A stretch of DNA of 64,000 nt from Candidatus Cloacimonadales bacterium. GTDB lineage: Bacteria > Cloacimonadota > Cloacimonadia > Cloacimonadales > JAIOQZ01. The stretch lies in the NCBI GenBank assembly GCA_963674825.1, contig OY771587.1, positions 3,680,001-3,744,000 on the forward strand, given 5' to 3'. The position numbers and the translations under genes are program-made. Position 1 is the stretch's first letter. Every line of letters begins with the position of its first letter. The notes beneath the pieces were generated by a model, which searched no databases, was not told the DNA's origin, and saw nothing but the letters and a program-made list of their open reading frames with translations. Shown here in pieces: positions 37,790-48,202 of the stretch.

Positions 37790-38920
37790 ATGGAAGCCTA
37801 TATTGTCGATGTCGCAGCTTTTTTACCTAATCAGCCAATCGATAACGATCATATCGAAAACGTTCTGGGACGCATCGACGGTGTTTCGTCCCGTACAAGG
37901 CGCATCATCCTGCGCAATAACGGCATCAAGCAACGCTATTACGCGATCGATCCCGAGACGGGGAAATTCACGCACAACAACAGCCAGCTCGCGGCGGAAG
38001 CCATTCGACGTCTTGGCAACACCGACGATGTCGATATGATATGCTGCGGAACCTCATCGCCGGATACCGTCATGCCGGGCATCGGGCCGTTGGTACATGG
38101 CGAACTGGGCTGGAAGCCCATCCACGTGATGAGCACGGCTGGACAATGCCTTGCTGGTATTACCGCGTTTAACTACGCAGCCATGAGCGTCGCAACCGGT
38201 AACGCTCAAAAGGCTGTCGCCACCGGATCCGAGATGTGCTCCACCTTCCTTCGTGCCGATTTCCTCAAGCGATTCCGCGGCGAGGATGTCGATCTGGAGA
38301 AACAACCGGAGATGGCATTCGGTATCGATTTCCTGCGCTGGATGCTATCTGATGGCGCTGGAGCCGTAATGCTCCAAGGTAAACCGGCAACGGATGGACT
38401 ATCATTGCGCATAGACTGGTGTGACCTCTTTTCCTACGCCGGCGAAATCGAGACCTGCATGTATGCCGGCGCGATCAAGACCGAAGATGGTAGAATCGAA
38501 GGCTGGCGTACTGCTTCATCGCTCATGGATGCCGTGCAAAACGATTACTTCCCCATCAAGCAGGATGTGAAACTGCTCAACAAGTGGATCCCGGAGATTG
38601 GAGTGAACCGCGCGCTCAAGACATCCGTCGAACGCCACTCGCTTCATGCTGATGAATTCGACTGGTTTCTGCCGCACTATTCATCAGAATACTTCCGAAA
38701 AATCCTGTTCGAACGCATGCACGAGATCGGCTTCCCGATTCCGTATGAGAAGTGGTTTACGAATCTCACCTATAAAGGCAACACCGGTGCCGCGTCGATC
38801 TTTATCATTCTCGAAGAGCTTTTCCATTCCGGCAAGCTTGAAAAGGGACAGAAAATCTTGTGCTTCGTACCGGAAAGCGGCCGATTCTCGATGAGTTACA
38901 TGCAATTGACGGTTGTGTGA
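37790..38920 (+). CDS. DarB/StlD-like ketosynthase III
   Basis: ILRNNGIKQRYYA; active-site GQCLAG; FLRWMLSDGAGA; ETCMY; KQDVKLL; FLPHYSS; KWFTNL..KGN; VPESGRF. Confidence 0.85.
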   Translation: MEAYIVDVAAFLPNQPIDNDHIENVLGRIDGVSSRTRRIILRNNGIKQRYYAIDPETGKFTHNNSQLAAEAIRRLGNTDDVDMICCGTSSPDTVMPGIGPLVHGELGWKPIHVMSTAGQCLAGITAFNYAAMSVATGNAQKAVATGSEMCSTFLRADFLKRFRGEDVDLEKQPEMAFGIDFLRWMLSDGAGAVMLQGKPATDGLSLRIDWCDLFSYAGEIETCMYAGAIKTEDGRIEGWRTASSLMDAVQNDYFPIKQDVKLLNKWIPEIGVNRALKTSVERHSLHADEFDWFLPHYSSEYFRKILFERMHEIGFPIPYEKWFTNLTYKGNTGAASIFIILEELFHSGKLEKGQKILCFVPESGRFSMSYMQLTVV

Positions 38921-39015
38921 GACACGATCTTGCGAAGGCAGGATGTTTGAACATTCAGATGACCTCGCAAGCTCGGACAATCGGAAGATGAAACACAATA
39001 TAAAAGGTATTTTAT

Positions 39016-39765
39016 ATGAACACTGACTGGAACGCGTTTGCGGAACTATACGACTGGGAATTCAAGCAGATCTGCACTCGACAAAAAGAGGACGTGAAGC
39101 TGTGGAACGATCTGGCTGAAGAAATCGGTGGCCCGATCATCGAACTCGGCTGCGGAAGCGGTCGCATCACGAAACCTCTGCTCAAAAACGGTTATCAGGT
39201 CACGGCGATCGATAGCTCGCAGACCATGATTGATCTACTCGGCTCCCATCCCAACCTCACGCCAATTTGTACGGACATGACGAGCTTCACAACCGACCAG
39301 ATCTTTCGGTTCGCCTTCATCGGCTATTCATCATTCCAGCTTCTCCACACACTTGAAGAGCAGATGCTTTGCCTGCGAAATATCCGCCGACACCTCGAAC
39401 CTGGCGGTATCCTTGCGCTCGACATCTGCCCCATTGTCCTCGATGGCGAAAAGGCAGATGCTTTACGGCATGTTTATACTCTACCCTGGGAAGAAAAGAA
39501 TGTTGTTGTAGCATGTTATACATCTTGGGAGGACGACTATGTCTTCAAGATGCGCAACTGGAACGACCGCTATGAGATATTCCATCCGGGCGGCGATATG
39601 GAAGTCATGCATAATTCCATCACGCTGAAAGAAATCGAGCTGGATACGATGAGGCTTTTGCTCATGCTCTGCGGCTACGAACTCGTGGATGTGTACGGCT
39701 CGCTGCAACGCGGCCCTCTCACCACCGAATCCCACAATATGATCATTATTGCAAAACGAATATGA
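39016..39765 (+). CDS. Class I SAM-dependent methyltransferase
   Basis: ELGCGSGR; HLEPGG. Confidence 0.9.
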   Translation: MNTDWNAFAELYDWEFKQICTRQKEDVKLWNDLAEEIGGPIIELGCGSGRITKPLLKNGYQVTAIDSSQTMIDLLGSHPNLTPICTDMTSFTTDQIFRFAFIGYSSFQLLHTLEEQMLCLRNIRRHLEPGGILALDICPIVLDGEKADALRHVYTLPWEEKNVVVACYTSWEDDYVFKMRNWNDRYEIFHPGGDMEVMHNSITLKEIELDTMRLLLMLCGYELVDVYGSLQRGPLTTESHNMIIIAKRI

Positions 39766-41135
39766 AACGAATCCTGCTACCGCTTCTGCTGATACTCGCA
39801 TGCAGCCTGAACGCCGCGCGCTTCGACTACAAGCCGGCGAAGAAATCCAATGTCGCGTACATCGTATATTGCCTGGACGACGACAAGACCGTTCTGGAAC
39901 ACAACCCCGATAAACCGTTCCGGTTCGCTTCCAACCTGAAGCTGCTTACCTCGTTGGCCGCCATGCACTACCTTGGTACAGGATACCGTTATACAACCCT
40001 CTTTGGCTACGATCCCGAGTCGCGCGTACTCTACATCAAAGGCGACGGCGATCCGACAACCGTGATCGAGGATTTCGAAGACTTCGCTTATTGGTTCAAG
40101 GTCAAGGGCTTTGCCGATATTGAAAAGGTTATCGTGGATGACTATCGTTTCGGCCCAGATGGATACCGGCCTGTCGAAGGGATTCAGGAAGAAGGCGATC
40201 GTTCCTATCTCGCTTACGCCTCAGGCCTGTCACTGAACTACAACAGCGTGTTTATTGCGATTACACCAGGAAAAGCCGGTAAACCTGCAAACGCTTATTT
40301 GCGCACACCTGGCGATTACTTTACCATCGAGAACAACATCACGTCCACATCCGGCACCCAGCGCCGGTTGCGTGTCAGCTCTGTCGATAATGGTACCGGC
40401 GACACCATTATGCTGGGTGGAACCATCGGGAATGAAAGGAAGCGGCTCTCGAGCTATTCACGCATGATTCACCACCCCACCGAACACTACGTCCAAACGC
40501 TCCTGCATTTGGCAGGAAACAAGCCTGCTTCAATCGTACGTCGCGAGCTTCCCGATTCGCTCTTCCTCAGCGACGGAATCGTGCCGTTTTCACATGACTC
40601 CAAGCCTCTGCGGGATGTCGTGGAACGCATGAACATCTGGTCGTCCAATCTCATCGCCGAAACGCTCAAATACACCATCGGTGATTCGATCGCGGGAGAT
40701 CCCAACCAGGGATTGGAGCTGATCAAACGTTTCGCGCGCGAGGAATTGGGCCACGAGATCGATATCGTGAACGGCTCCGGACTGGGAAACAACGCAAATC
40801 ACCTCACCGCGTCGCTCTTCATCGACATCATGAAATATGCGTGTAGCGATCCCCAACTCAAGATTGATTTCCTCTCATCACTGCCGGTTTACGGTGAAGA
40901 AGGAACGCTGGTCGATACACCCGGTTTTGAGGACAGTATCAGCGTTATCCGCGCCAAGACAGGCATGCTGAGCGATGTCGCGGCTATGACGGGCATGATG
41001 GTAGCCGACAACGGCAAGACGTACCTTTTCACATTTGTTGTGAACGATTACCCCGAAAAAGCTGAATATGACCGCGTCTATTTCCGCAATCGGTTTGTGG
41101 GTGATATCCTGAAATATTTGAACGAGCTGAAGTAA
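39762..41135 (+). CDS. dacB: D-Ala-D-Ala carboxypeptidase/endopeptidase (PBP4, S13)
   Basis: ASNLK (SxxK); GDGDP; SSN; GSGL; AKTG. Confidence 0.9.
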   Translation: MKRILLPLLLILACSLNAARFDYKPAKKSNVAYIVYCLDDDKTVLEHNPDKPFRFASNLKLLTSLAAMHYLGTGYRYTTLFGYDPESRVLYIKGDGDPTTVIEDFEDFAYWFKVKGFADIEKVIVDDYRFGPDGYRPVEGIQEEGDRSYLAYASGLSLNYNSVFIAITPGKAGKPANAYLRTPGDYFTIENNITSTSGTQRRLRVSSVDNGTGDTIMLGGTIGNERKRLSSYSRMIHHPTEHYVQTLLHLAGNKPASIVRRELPDSLFLSDGIVPFSHDSKPLRDVVERMNIWSSNLIAETLKYTIGDSIAGDPNQGLELIKRFAREELGHEIDIVNGSGLGNNANHLTASLFIDIMKYACSDPQLKIDFLSSLPVYGEEGTLVDTPGFEDSISVIRAKTGMLSDVAAMTGMMVADNGKTYLFTFVVNDYPEKAEYDRVYFRNRFVGDILKYLNELK

Positions 41136-41252
41136 AGGAATCAGATTTCTGAATATCCAAATGAGAAAAGGACTTCTGAAGGTATGATTGCCATCGCGAG
41201 ATCCCAGACATTCTGAAGAGTCTCGCTTGCTCGATAGATTCGGAAATTGAGA

Positions 41253-41990
41253 TTATAATGCCTTTACTGCTCTTACCAACTGTCGCATCATCTCCGAAGC
41301 ACCTCCCTGTAAAAAGATATCCGTAATAGCTCCGGTAAACGATGAAGGCTCCGGATTAATCTCGATAACAACAGCTCCGTTTTCACGCGCCAGATAGGGC
41401 ACCATACAGGCCGGCATCACCTGCCCTGTCGTGCCGACAACCAGCATCAAATCGGTCTCGCTTGCCAGCCGAAACGATTCCTCCCGTGCATAATCCGGGA
41501 TCGCTTCCCCGAAGAAAATAAAGTCGGGTTTCAGCAATCCACCGCAATTGCCGCAACTGGGGGGCAGCATGTTCAGGTCGATCGCATCCGCGTCAAATCG
41601 CTCGCCGCATTTGGTGCAAAGAATCTTCTGCATATTGCCATGGAATTCGATGACGTTTTTCGATCCGGCAACCTGGTGCAGATTATCGATATTCTGGGTG
41701 ATCACCGTCTCGAATCCGAGTTCCCGCAATAGCAGATGAGCGTCGTTGGGTTGCGCATCTCCGAAGGTGTCGAAGAAGATTTTCTTAATCCACTCCCAGC
41801 TTCGATCTGGATAGTTGAAGAAATAGTCGATCTCCAGAAAAGAAGGATCGACGCGATTCCAAAGACCATTCTTTCCACGGAATGGAGGTATACCGCTTTC
41901 AACCGATATACCCGCTCCAGTAAAGGCTATAGGCCTCTTCGCACGATGGATCATTCTGGCTGCGTCGAGGATGTTGTTATCGGGCATCAT
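41253..41990 (-). CDS. cobB: NAD-dependent deacylase (sirtuin)
   Basis: TGAGISVESGIPPFRG; TQNIDNLH; HG; CxxC/CxxC; FFGE; EIN. Confidence 0.92.
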   Translation of the reverse strand: MMPDNNILDAARMIHRAKRPIAFTGAGISVESGIPPFRGKNGLWNRVDPSFLEIDYFFNYPDRSWEWIKKIFFDTFGDAQPNDAHLLLRELGFETVITQNIDNLHQVAGSKNVIEFHGNMQKILCTKCGERFDADAIDLNMLPPSCGNCGGLLKPDFIFFGEAIPDYAREESFRLASETDLMLVVGTTGQVMPACMVPYLARENGAVVIEINPEPSSFTGAITDIFLQGGASEMMRQLVRAVKAL

Positions 41991-42087
41991 TGCTCCATTT
42001 GCATCTTTTTGTTTACAAAAAATATTTAGCTGACAATCTTGTTAAGCTTTTAATTGCAGAAAAATCCGATGGGATGTAAACCGAGAC

Positions 42088-43209
42088 ATGATAAAATTTA
42101 CGAACCTGATTATATTGCTGTTTTTCGCTGCGTCCATGATGCACGCTGTAAACGATATCACCGTGGAATACAAAGATGGTCCCGCGCCGGAAACTATCTC
42201 CGTCTGCGAACTGGAGGGGCTTCCCTACTTCAACGTTTACGAACTAAACAAAGTATTCAACGCCAGTATTCGCGAGGACGAAACCGACCAACGCCTGCGC
42301 ATTGAGCTCTATGGCAAGCAGTTTATCTTCCTGCTCCATTCTGGCTGGTTCCAGGTAGACGACTCAAGCTACTGCATGTTGTATCCCATGAAGCGGATCG
42401 GCCTGCGCTATTTCCTGCCGGTAAGTGTGCTAGAAATGCAGCTAGTTGCCATTCTGAACAATCACATCACATATAATGAGCAGAACCGCAAGATCCTCGC
42501 CGACGTCCCCATCGATCACTCCATCAAGCGGATCATCCTCGATCCGGGGCATGGCGGGGTCGACCCGGGTGCTCTGGGAAGCAAGAACCACGAGAAGGAC
42601 ATCGTTCTATGTATCGCCGGTAAGCTCAAGAAGCGGCTTGAATACGAGCTTGGCATCGAAGTTCTGATGACCCGCGACACGGATGAATTCATCTCATTAC
42701 GTAATCGATCACGTTTTGCCAACGAAAGCCAGGGTGACCTCTTTATCTCGCTCCACTGCAACGCGTCTGAAAACCGCAAAAGCACCGGCGTGGAGGTCTA
42801 TTTCCTCTCACCCGCCAAGACCAACGATGCGCGTGCTGTGGAAGCATTGGAAAACTCGGTTGTGCAGAAATACGAGGGCGGCGAAGAGGCGGTCAAACGC
42901 TACGACGACCTCTCCTTTATCCTCATGGACATGGCTCAGACAGAGCAGCTTCAGGAGAGCAGCGACCTTGCATGGAAATTGCAGGCGAATCTCGTTTCCG
43001 CATCCGGAAGCAGAGATCGCGGCGTTAAGCAAGCAGGATTTTATGTACTACGGGTTTCGTTCATGCCGGCGGTGCTGGTTGAGCTGGGATTCATCAGCAA
43101 CAGAGAAGAAGAGAAAAAGCTCGCAGATGGCGCATTCCAGGACAAGCTTGTTGCTGCGCTGTTTGAAGGCATCAAAGATTTTAAATTCAAATATGACCGC
43201 GTACGGTAG
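42088..43209 (+). CDS. N-acetylmuramoyl-L-alanine amidase (Amidase_3)
   Basis: LDPGHGG.DPGA; EK; SLHCNA; LVELGFISN. Confidence 0.92.
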   Translation: MIKFTNLIILLFFAASMMHAVNDITVEYKDGPAPETISVCELEGLPYFNVYELNKVFNASIREDETDQRLRIELYGKQFIFLLHSGWFQVDDSSYCMLYPMKRIGLRYFLPVSVLEMQLVAILNNHITYNEQNRKILADVPIDHSIKRIILDPGHGGVDPGALGSKNHEKDIVLCIAGKLKKRLEYELGIEVLMTRDTDEFISLRNRSRFANESQGDLFISLHCNASENRKSTGVEVYFLSPAKTNDARAVEALENSVVQKYEGGEEAVKRYDDLSFILMDMAQTEQLQESSDLAWKLQANLVSASGSRDRGVKQAGFYVLRVSFMPAVLVELGFISNREEEKKLADGAFQDKLVAALFEGIKDFKFKYDRVR

Positions 43210-43221
43210 CCCGGGGAGATC

Positions 43222-45231
43222 ATGAAGCAAATTTGGCTGGTATTTTTTCTTATCGTAACAGTTTTCCCGATCCTGGCGATGGATCACCTCAATGAGCTTA
43301 ATCTCATTCTTTTCGACGTCTCCAAAAGCATGGAAGGTTACGGAGATGGACAGGGAATCGATGTATTCCAACAGGAGAAAGACGCCGCAATATTCCTCGT
43401 AGAGCATGTGCCGAACAACAGCTATCTGATGGTGATGCCTTTCCACGATAATATCGAGAAGAACCTCTTCAAGGGAAGAATCGAGGGTGATGCCCAACGC
43501 ATCCAGGCTGCTGATTTCATTCACTACCTCGAGACCAGCGGTAACCAGACTTCTCTGACGAAGTCGGTTCAATCCGCCATTGCTGCGGGCGATTTAGCCA
43601 TTACAATGGAGCGCTTCATCCCCGAGTACGGCAACCTCTATATCTTCTCCGATGGCAAGGGTAACGATGAACTCGATCATAACATCGATAATCTCATTAA
43701 GGCAATAACTATTGACGATCCGCTCATGCCGGCGATGAACACGCAGATTATCGCCATTGGTAAAGTATTCAGCGAAGAAGAGCTCAAAAAACTGGCAGAA
43801 GCGAACGCTCATGTGATTTCATTCGATCGCGAGCAATTCCAGCAAATCAATATCTACGTCACCAGCCTGGGTGCTTACTCCATGGGAACGGTTATCTATC
43901 AGCTTATGAAGCTGGAGACCAACCGCGATATGATCGGCACCGAGATCGACCTTGGTGTGGTCGTGCAGGAATTCGAAGAGATCGTCCTGCCTATCGTGCT
44001 GGAGAGATCGGTTGAGGTCAACACGAAGAAGCTGCTGGAAAATAAAAGCTTCCATTTCCCAGACAGGCCGGACTCAGTGACTGTATTTAAATCGATTCGC
44101 AGACGTTTCGAGGTAATTGACAGTCTCTATGGGGTCAATGTTGCATCTGTGCTCGACACTGTTGACGCTGCGCGAATCTTGAACTGCTTCACAGCGCTCG
44201 ATTCGCTGATCAAAGAAGACCTCGCCCTCAATCTGAGGCCGCTCAGAAATCTTGCCAACTATAAAGACGTCGGCCTGGATACTCTCTTCGTGAAGCCAGC
44301 GCATATTCGCATCACGAATGAAACAATCATCGATACAATTTCCTTCAACGTGGCACAGTATCGCTCGATGGTCGATAGCCTTTACGGCGTCGATCTGCAA
44401 AAACTCGGCTTGAGTGAACTACATACATCACTGAATTTCTCGGTCGATGTGCGTCAGCTCGAAGATGGCTCTACAATGTTCCCCTCCAATCAACTGCTCT
44501 ATACAGCTTCTATCTCCCGGCAGACTTTCGAACCTATGCAGGAAATTCTGGGCAAGAAAAAAAGCAAGGGAATCCGATTTGAGGTAGAGGCAAGCTTTAA
44601 AACCTACGCGATTTATATTGGCGTCCTTCTTGGAGTAGCGGTGCTGGTCGTGTTTATGTATCTCTGGTCGAGATCCGTCCGCATGGGCACAACGCGCGAT
44701 TACAAATATGTTGATGTTTCGGGGTATCTTTCTGGGAATACCGAACTGCTAGACCTCAGCAAAATGCTGGAAGATATCCTGAAGAAAGAGAAGCATCTCT
44801 TGAATAACATTCGAATCCAGAAGCCCCTTACACATAACAAGATCGCGCAGATCAACGCGCAGAGAGACGCAGTATTCTATGTATTGAACGAGATCATTAT
44901 CAACGCGGCTGAAGCAGCTTCCGCGACAGACGGATCTCGTATCGCTATCAAGGTCGGTGAGGATATGAGTGCTGTGAAAATGATGATCCAGGATAACGGG
45001 ATTGGTGTTCCAGGCGATATGCGTGTTAGTGTGTTCCGCAAGAAATTCTCCACCAAGGGACGCGAAGGTGCAGGGCTTATCAAATGTCACAAAATCATGC
45101 ACGCGCTGCATGGAGAAATAACTTACAGACCTATTACTCGCCTGGAAACAGACGCTGTAACCCGCAGTCACAAGGTAATCGATGACGGTACGATCATCAC
45201 GTTGTCGTTCCCGCGCAATGGTAGGGGATAA
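43222..45231 (+). CDS. Membrane protein: signal peptide, vWA domain, TM helix, HATPase_c (no H-box seen)
   Basis: MIDAS DVSKS...T...SDG; TM YAIYIGVLLGVAVLVVFMYLW; N-box EIIINAAEA; G1 DNGIG; F-box FSTK; G2 GAGL. Confidence 0.75.
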   Translation: MKQIWLVFFLIVTVFPILAMDHLNELNLILFDVSKSMEGYGDGQGIDVFQQEKDAAIFLVEHVPNNSYLMVMPFHDNIEKNLFKGRIEGDAQRIQAADFIHYLETSGNQTSLTKSVQSAIAAGDLAITMERFIPEYGNLYIFSDGKGNDELDHNIDNLIKAITIDDPLMPAMNTQIIAIGKVFSEEELKKLAEANAHVISFDREQFQQINIYVTSLGAYSMGTVIYQLMKLETNRDMIGTEIDLGVVVQEFEEIVLPIVLERSVEVNTKKLLENKSFHFPDRPDSVTVFKSIRRRFEVIDSLYGVNVASVLDTVDAARILNCFTALDSLIKEDLALNLRPLRNLANYKDVGLDTLFVKPAHIRITNETIIDTISFNVAQYRSMVDSLYGVDLQKLGLSELHTSLNFSVDVRQLEDGSTMFPSNQLLYTASISRQTFEPMQEILGKKKSKGIRFEVEASFKTYAIYIGVLLGVAVLVVFMYLWSRSVRMGTTRDYKYVDVSGYLSGNTELLDLSKMLEDILKKEKHLLNNIRIQKPLTHNKIAQINAQRDAVFYVLNEIIINAAEAASATDGSRIAIKVGEDMSAVKMMIQDNGIGVPGDMRVSVFRKKFSTKGREGAGLIKCHKIMHALHGEITYRPITRLETDAVTRSHKVIDDGTIITLSFPRNGRG

Positions 45232-45258
45232 ACGTTTTCTACTTTTTCTTGTTCATGA

Positions 45259-45286
45259 TTGACAGAATCCTGCGTCATGATAAAAT
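45259..45286 (+). promoter_or_regulatory. Sigma70-type promoter of the ribH operon
   Basis: TTGACA-N16-TAAAAT with a TG extended -10. Confidence 0.6.
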
Positions 45287-45324
45287 GGAATATTGATGAT
45301 GAATCTATGAGTCAGGAGTAAAAT

Positions 45325-45789
45325 ATGAGCGTTTTTGAAGGTAATCTCAACGCTGAAGGCTTACGCGTTGCAATCGTCGTGAGCCGCTTTAACGAATTGA
45401 TCAACCGAAAGCTTTTCGAAGGTGCGATGGACTGCCTCAAGCGGCATGGCGCAGACGAGAAGAACATCGACATCGCATGGGTTCCGGGCTCGTTTGAGAT
45501 TCCGCTGACCGCGCTCAAACTGGCGAAAGGAAAGACCGACTACGATGCAGTCATATGCCTTGGCGCTGTAATTCGGGGTTCTACCCCGCATTTCGACTAT
45601 GTAAGCGCGGAAGTAAGCAAAGGCGTCGCGCAGGTTGGACTTCAGACAGGCGTGCCGTGCATCTTCGGCGTGCTTACAACCGACACCATCGAACAGGCGA
45701 TTGAACGCGCCGGGACAAAGATCGGCAACAAGGGCTGGGATGCAGCGCTTTCGGCGATCGAGATGGTAAATCTATATCGGGAAATGTAA
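45325..45789 (+). CDS. ribH: 6,7-dimethyl-8-ribityllumazine synthase
   Basis: [34 protein letters not shown]. Confidence 0.97.
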   Translation: MSVFEGNLNAEGLRVAIVVSRFNELINRKLFEGAMDCLKRHGADEKNIDIAWVPGSFEIPLTALKLAKGKTDYDAVICLGAVIRGSTPHFDYVSAEVSKGVAQVGLQTGVPCIFGVLTTDTIEQAIERAGTKIGNKGWDAALSAIEMVNLYREM

Positions 45790-46245
45790 ATGGGAATGAG
45801 ACGAAAAGGTAGAGAAATCGCGGTTCAGACCGTATATTCTCTCGATTTCAATGAATCGGATAATTACCTCGGCATGCTGGAATGGATCGGAAAATACAGC
45901 GAATACCTCGAATATATCGCGGAAAACGCCAGTATCGAACCAACCAGTTCAATCTATGAATTCGCCGATACACTGATCCAGACGGTTCTCCGGAATATCG
46001 ACAACGTGGATCAGGCGATCAAGGACAAAGCAACGAACTGGTCGTTCGAACGCATCGCTGCGATGGATAAAAACATCATGCGTATTGCGGTCGCAGAGCT
46101 GCTCTTCACCGATACTCCAGCGCCTATCATCATCAATGAGGCGATCGAAATCGCGAAGAAATTCAGCTCTGAGAATTCGGGGAAATTCATCAACGGAATT
46201 CTCAACACCATTGCGAAAGAAAATGAAAAAAAGACTGACGTGTAG
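45790..46245 (+). CDS. nusB: Transcription antitermination factor NusB
   Basis: RRKGRE; NWSFERI; INEAIEIAKKF; FINGIL; canonical position after ribH. Confidence 0.95.
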   Translation: MGMRRKGREIAVQTVYSLDFNESDNYLGMLEWIGKYSEYLEYIAENASIEPTSSIYEFADTLIQTVLRNIDNVDQAIKDKATNWSFERIAAMDKNIMRIAVAELLFTDTPAPIIINEAIEIAKKFSSENSGKFINGILNTIAKENEKKTDV

Positions 46246-47119
46246 CGTCGGCGTCATTGTATACAACGAAGCCGATAACATAGAAAAACTTCTCAGAAGT
46301 CTGTGCAGCCAGGAAACGAGTATCGCGGAGATCAAAGAGATTATCGTGGTATCCAGCGCTTGTACAGACGGCACAGACGATATTGTTCGCGCTTTCAACG
46401 ATCCGCGCGTACAGCTCATCTCTGAGTCGGAACGTCGCGGGAAATCTGCTGCGATCAATAAATTTATCCATCATGCTACCGGTGAGATACTAATCGTCGA
46501 AAGTGGTGACACGCTTCCCGCGAAATCGACGGTCGAGAAAATGGTTCGCACCTTCCTCGATCCCAAAGTAGGTATGGTGGGCGGAAGACCGGTTCCCGAG
46601 AATTCGCTCAGCAGCTTCGTCGGGTACAGCGTGAACTTGTTGTGGAAACTTCATCACCGCATGGCGATGGTCTCCCCCAAGCTGGGCGAGATGATTGCGT
46701 TCCGCAATTTTATCACGAAGATCCCGGATCGCAGTGCGGTTGACGAAGCCAGTATCGAGGCCATCGTGCTCGCAAAGGGTTATAAGCTGAAATATATCCC
46801 CGACGCGATTATCCACAATAAAGGCCCCGAGACACTCTCCGACTTCATCAAGCAACGCCGCAGAATCGCCACCGGACACCTCTGGCTTAAGAAAGTGCAA
46901 AATTACTCGGTAGTATCACAGGACTCCGGTCTCCTGATCAAGCTTGCGCTGCGCGAGCTATGCGATCATCCGCATCGCGCATTTCACCTCGGCGGTACGA
47001 TCCTGCTCGAAGTGTATTGTCGCTTCCTGGGTTGGCTTGATTTCGTTGTTCTTAAAAAGAATCCTTTTACTTGGGAGATCGCTCGAACGACCAAGAAACT
47101 GGATAAACAGGTGGATTGA
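46223..47119 (+). CDS. Glycosyltransferase family 2
   Basis: YNEADNI; TDGT; GK; QRRR motif. Start ATG 46223 overlapping nusB. Confidence 0.85.
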   Translation: MKKRLTCSVGVIVYNEADNIEKLLRSLCSQETSIAEIKEIIVVSSACTDGTDDIVRAFNDPRVQLISESERRGKSAAINKFIHHATGEILIVESGDTLPAKSTVEKMVRTFLDPKVGMVGGRPVPENSLSSFVGYSVNLLWKLHHRMAMVSPKLGEMIAFRNFITKIPDRSAVDEASIEAIVLAKGYKLKYIPDAIIHNKGPETLSDFIKQRRRIATGHLWLKKVQNYSVVSQDSGLLIKLALRELCDHPHRAFHLGGTILLEVYCRFLGWLDFVVLKKNPFTWEIARTTKKLDKQVD

Positions 47120-48201
47120 TGTTTGAATTGATTCCGCGCATCTTGCTGTATAAAATATCATTTGTCCTCGGATTCCCGAGGCTAATGCCCATGAATTATA
47201 CCGTGAGCCTTACATACAACTGCAATTCACGGTGCCAGACCTGCAACATCTACGAAAAGAAAGCCGATAACCTGCGTCCGGAAGAATATGACAAGATCTT
47301 CCGTAAAATCGGGAAATCACCATACTGGGTAACGCTCAGCGGTGGAGAACCCTTCCTCCGCAAGGATATCGTCGAGATATGTAAAATCATCTACGATCGC
47401 TCCAGACCGGCGATTATTAATATCCCCAGCAACGGCATTCTTACCGACAAGATCGTCAACAACGTGTGGGAGATCGCCGCGTACTGCCAGAAGTCGAAGA
47501 TCGTGATCAATCTCTCCGTCGATGGCATCGGCGAACAGCACAATCGCATTCGCAACGTGCCGGAGAACTACGAAAAAGTGCTGGCAACCTATCAAGCGCT
47601 GCGTGAACTCAAGATGGACAATCTCTCCGTTGGGATCCACACGGTAATATCGCGCTTCAATGTCGATTCCTTCGCTTCCATCGCAAATACGCTGCTGGAA
47701 CTCAAACCCGATTCATACATCACCGAGATCGCCGAAGAGCGTGTAGAACTGGGTACAATGGGAAAAGAAATCACACCCAATCCGCTCGAATACCGTTCAG
47801 CGATCGATTTCCTGATCCACCGGATTAAAAACCGTGAGTTCAAGGGCCTGAATAAAATCACGCAGGCATTCCGCATCGAATACTACAATCTCGTGAAGCA
47901 AATCCTTCGCGATAAAAAGCAGGTGATTCCCTGCTATGCGGGTGTTGCATCGGTGCAGATAGCGCCCGATGGCGATGTCTGGTCTTGCTGTATTAAAGCG
48001 GAGAGTATGGGCAACCTGCGCGACTATAACTACAACTTCCGTCGCATATGGAATTCCAGAGAGATGGATCGTGAACGACGCTCCATAAAACGAAAAGAAT
48101 GCCACTGCCCACTCGCCAATGCAGCCTACACCAACATGCTAATGGATTTCCCGACCCTATGGCGTGTTTTCTACCGCAGCTTCCTGCGCTGGTGGAACTG
48201 A
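47116..48201 (+). CDS. Radical SAM / SPASM(Twitch) domain protein
   Basis: CNSRCQTC; SGGEPF; PCYAG...GDVWSCC...CHC. Confidence 0.88.
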   Translation: MMFELIPRILLYKISFVLGFPRLMPMNYTVSLTYNCNSRCQTCNIYEKKADNLRPEEYDKIFRKIGKSPYWVTLSGGEPFLRKDIVEICKIIYDRSRPAIINIPSNGILTDKIVNNVWEIAAYCQKSKIVINLSVDGIGEQHNRIRNVPENYEKVLATYQALRELKMDNLSVGIHTVISRFNVDSFASIANTLLELKPDSYITEIAEERVELGTMGKEITPNPLEYRSAIDFLIHRIKNREFKGLNKITQAFRIEYYNLVKQILRDKKQVIPCYAGVASVQIAPDGDVWSCCIKAESMGNLRDYNYNFRRIWNSREMDRERRSIKRKECHCPLANAAYTNMLMDFPTLWRVFYRSFLRWWN

Positions 48202-48202
48202 T

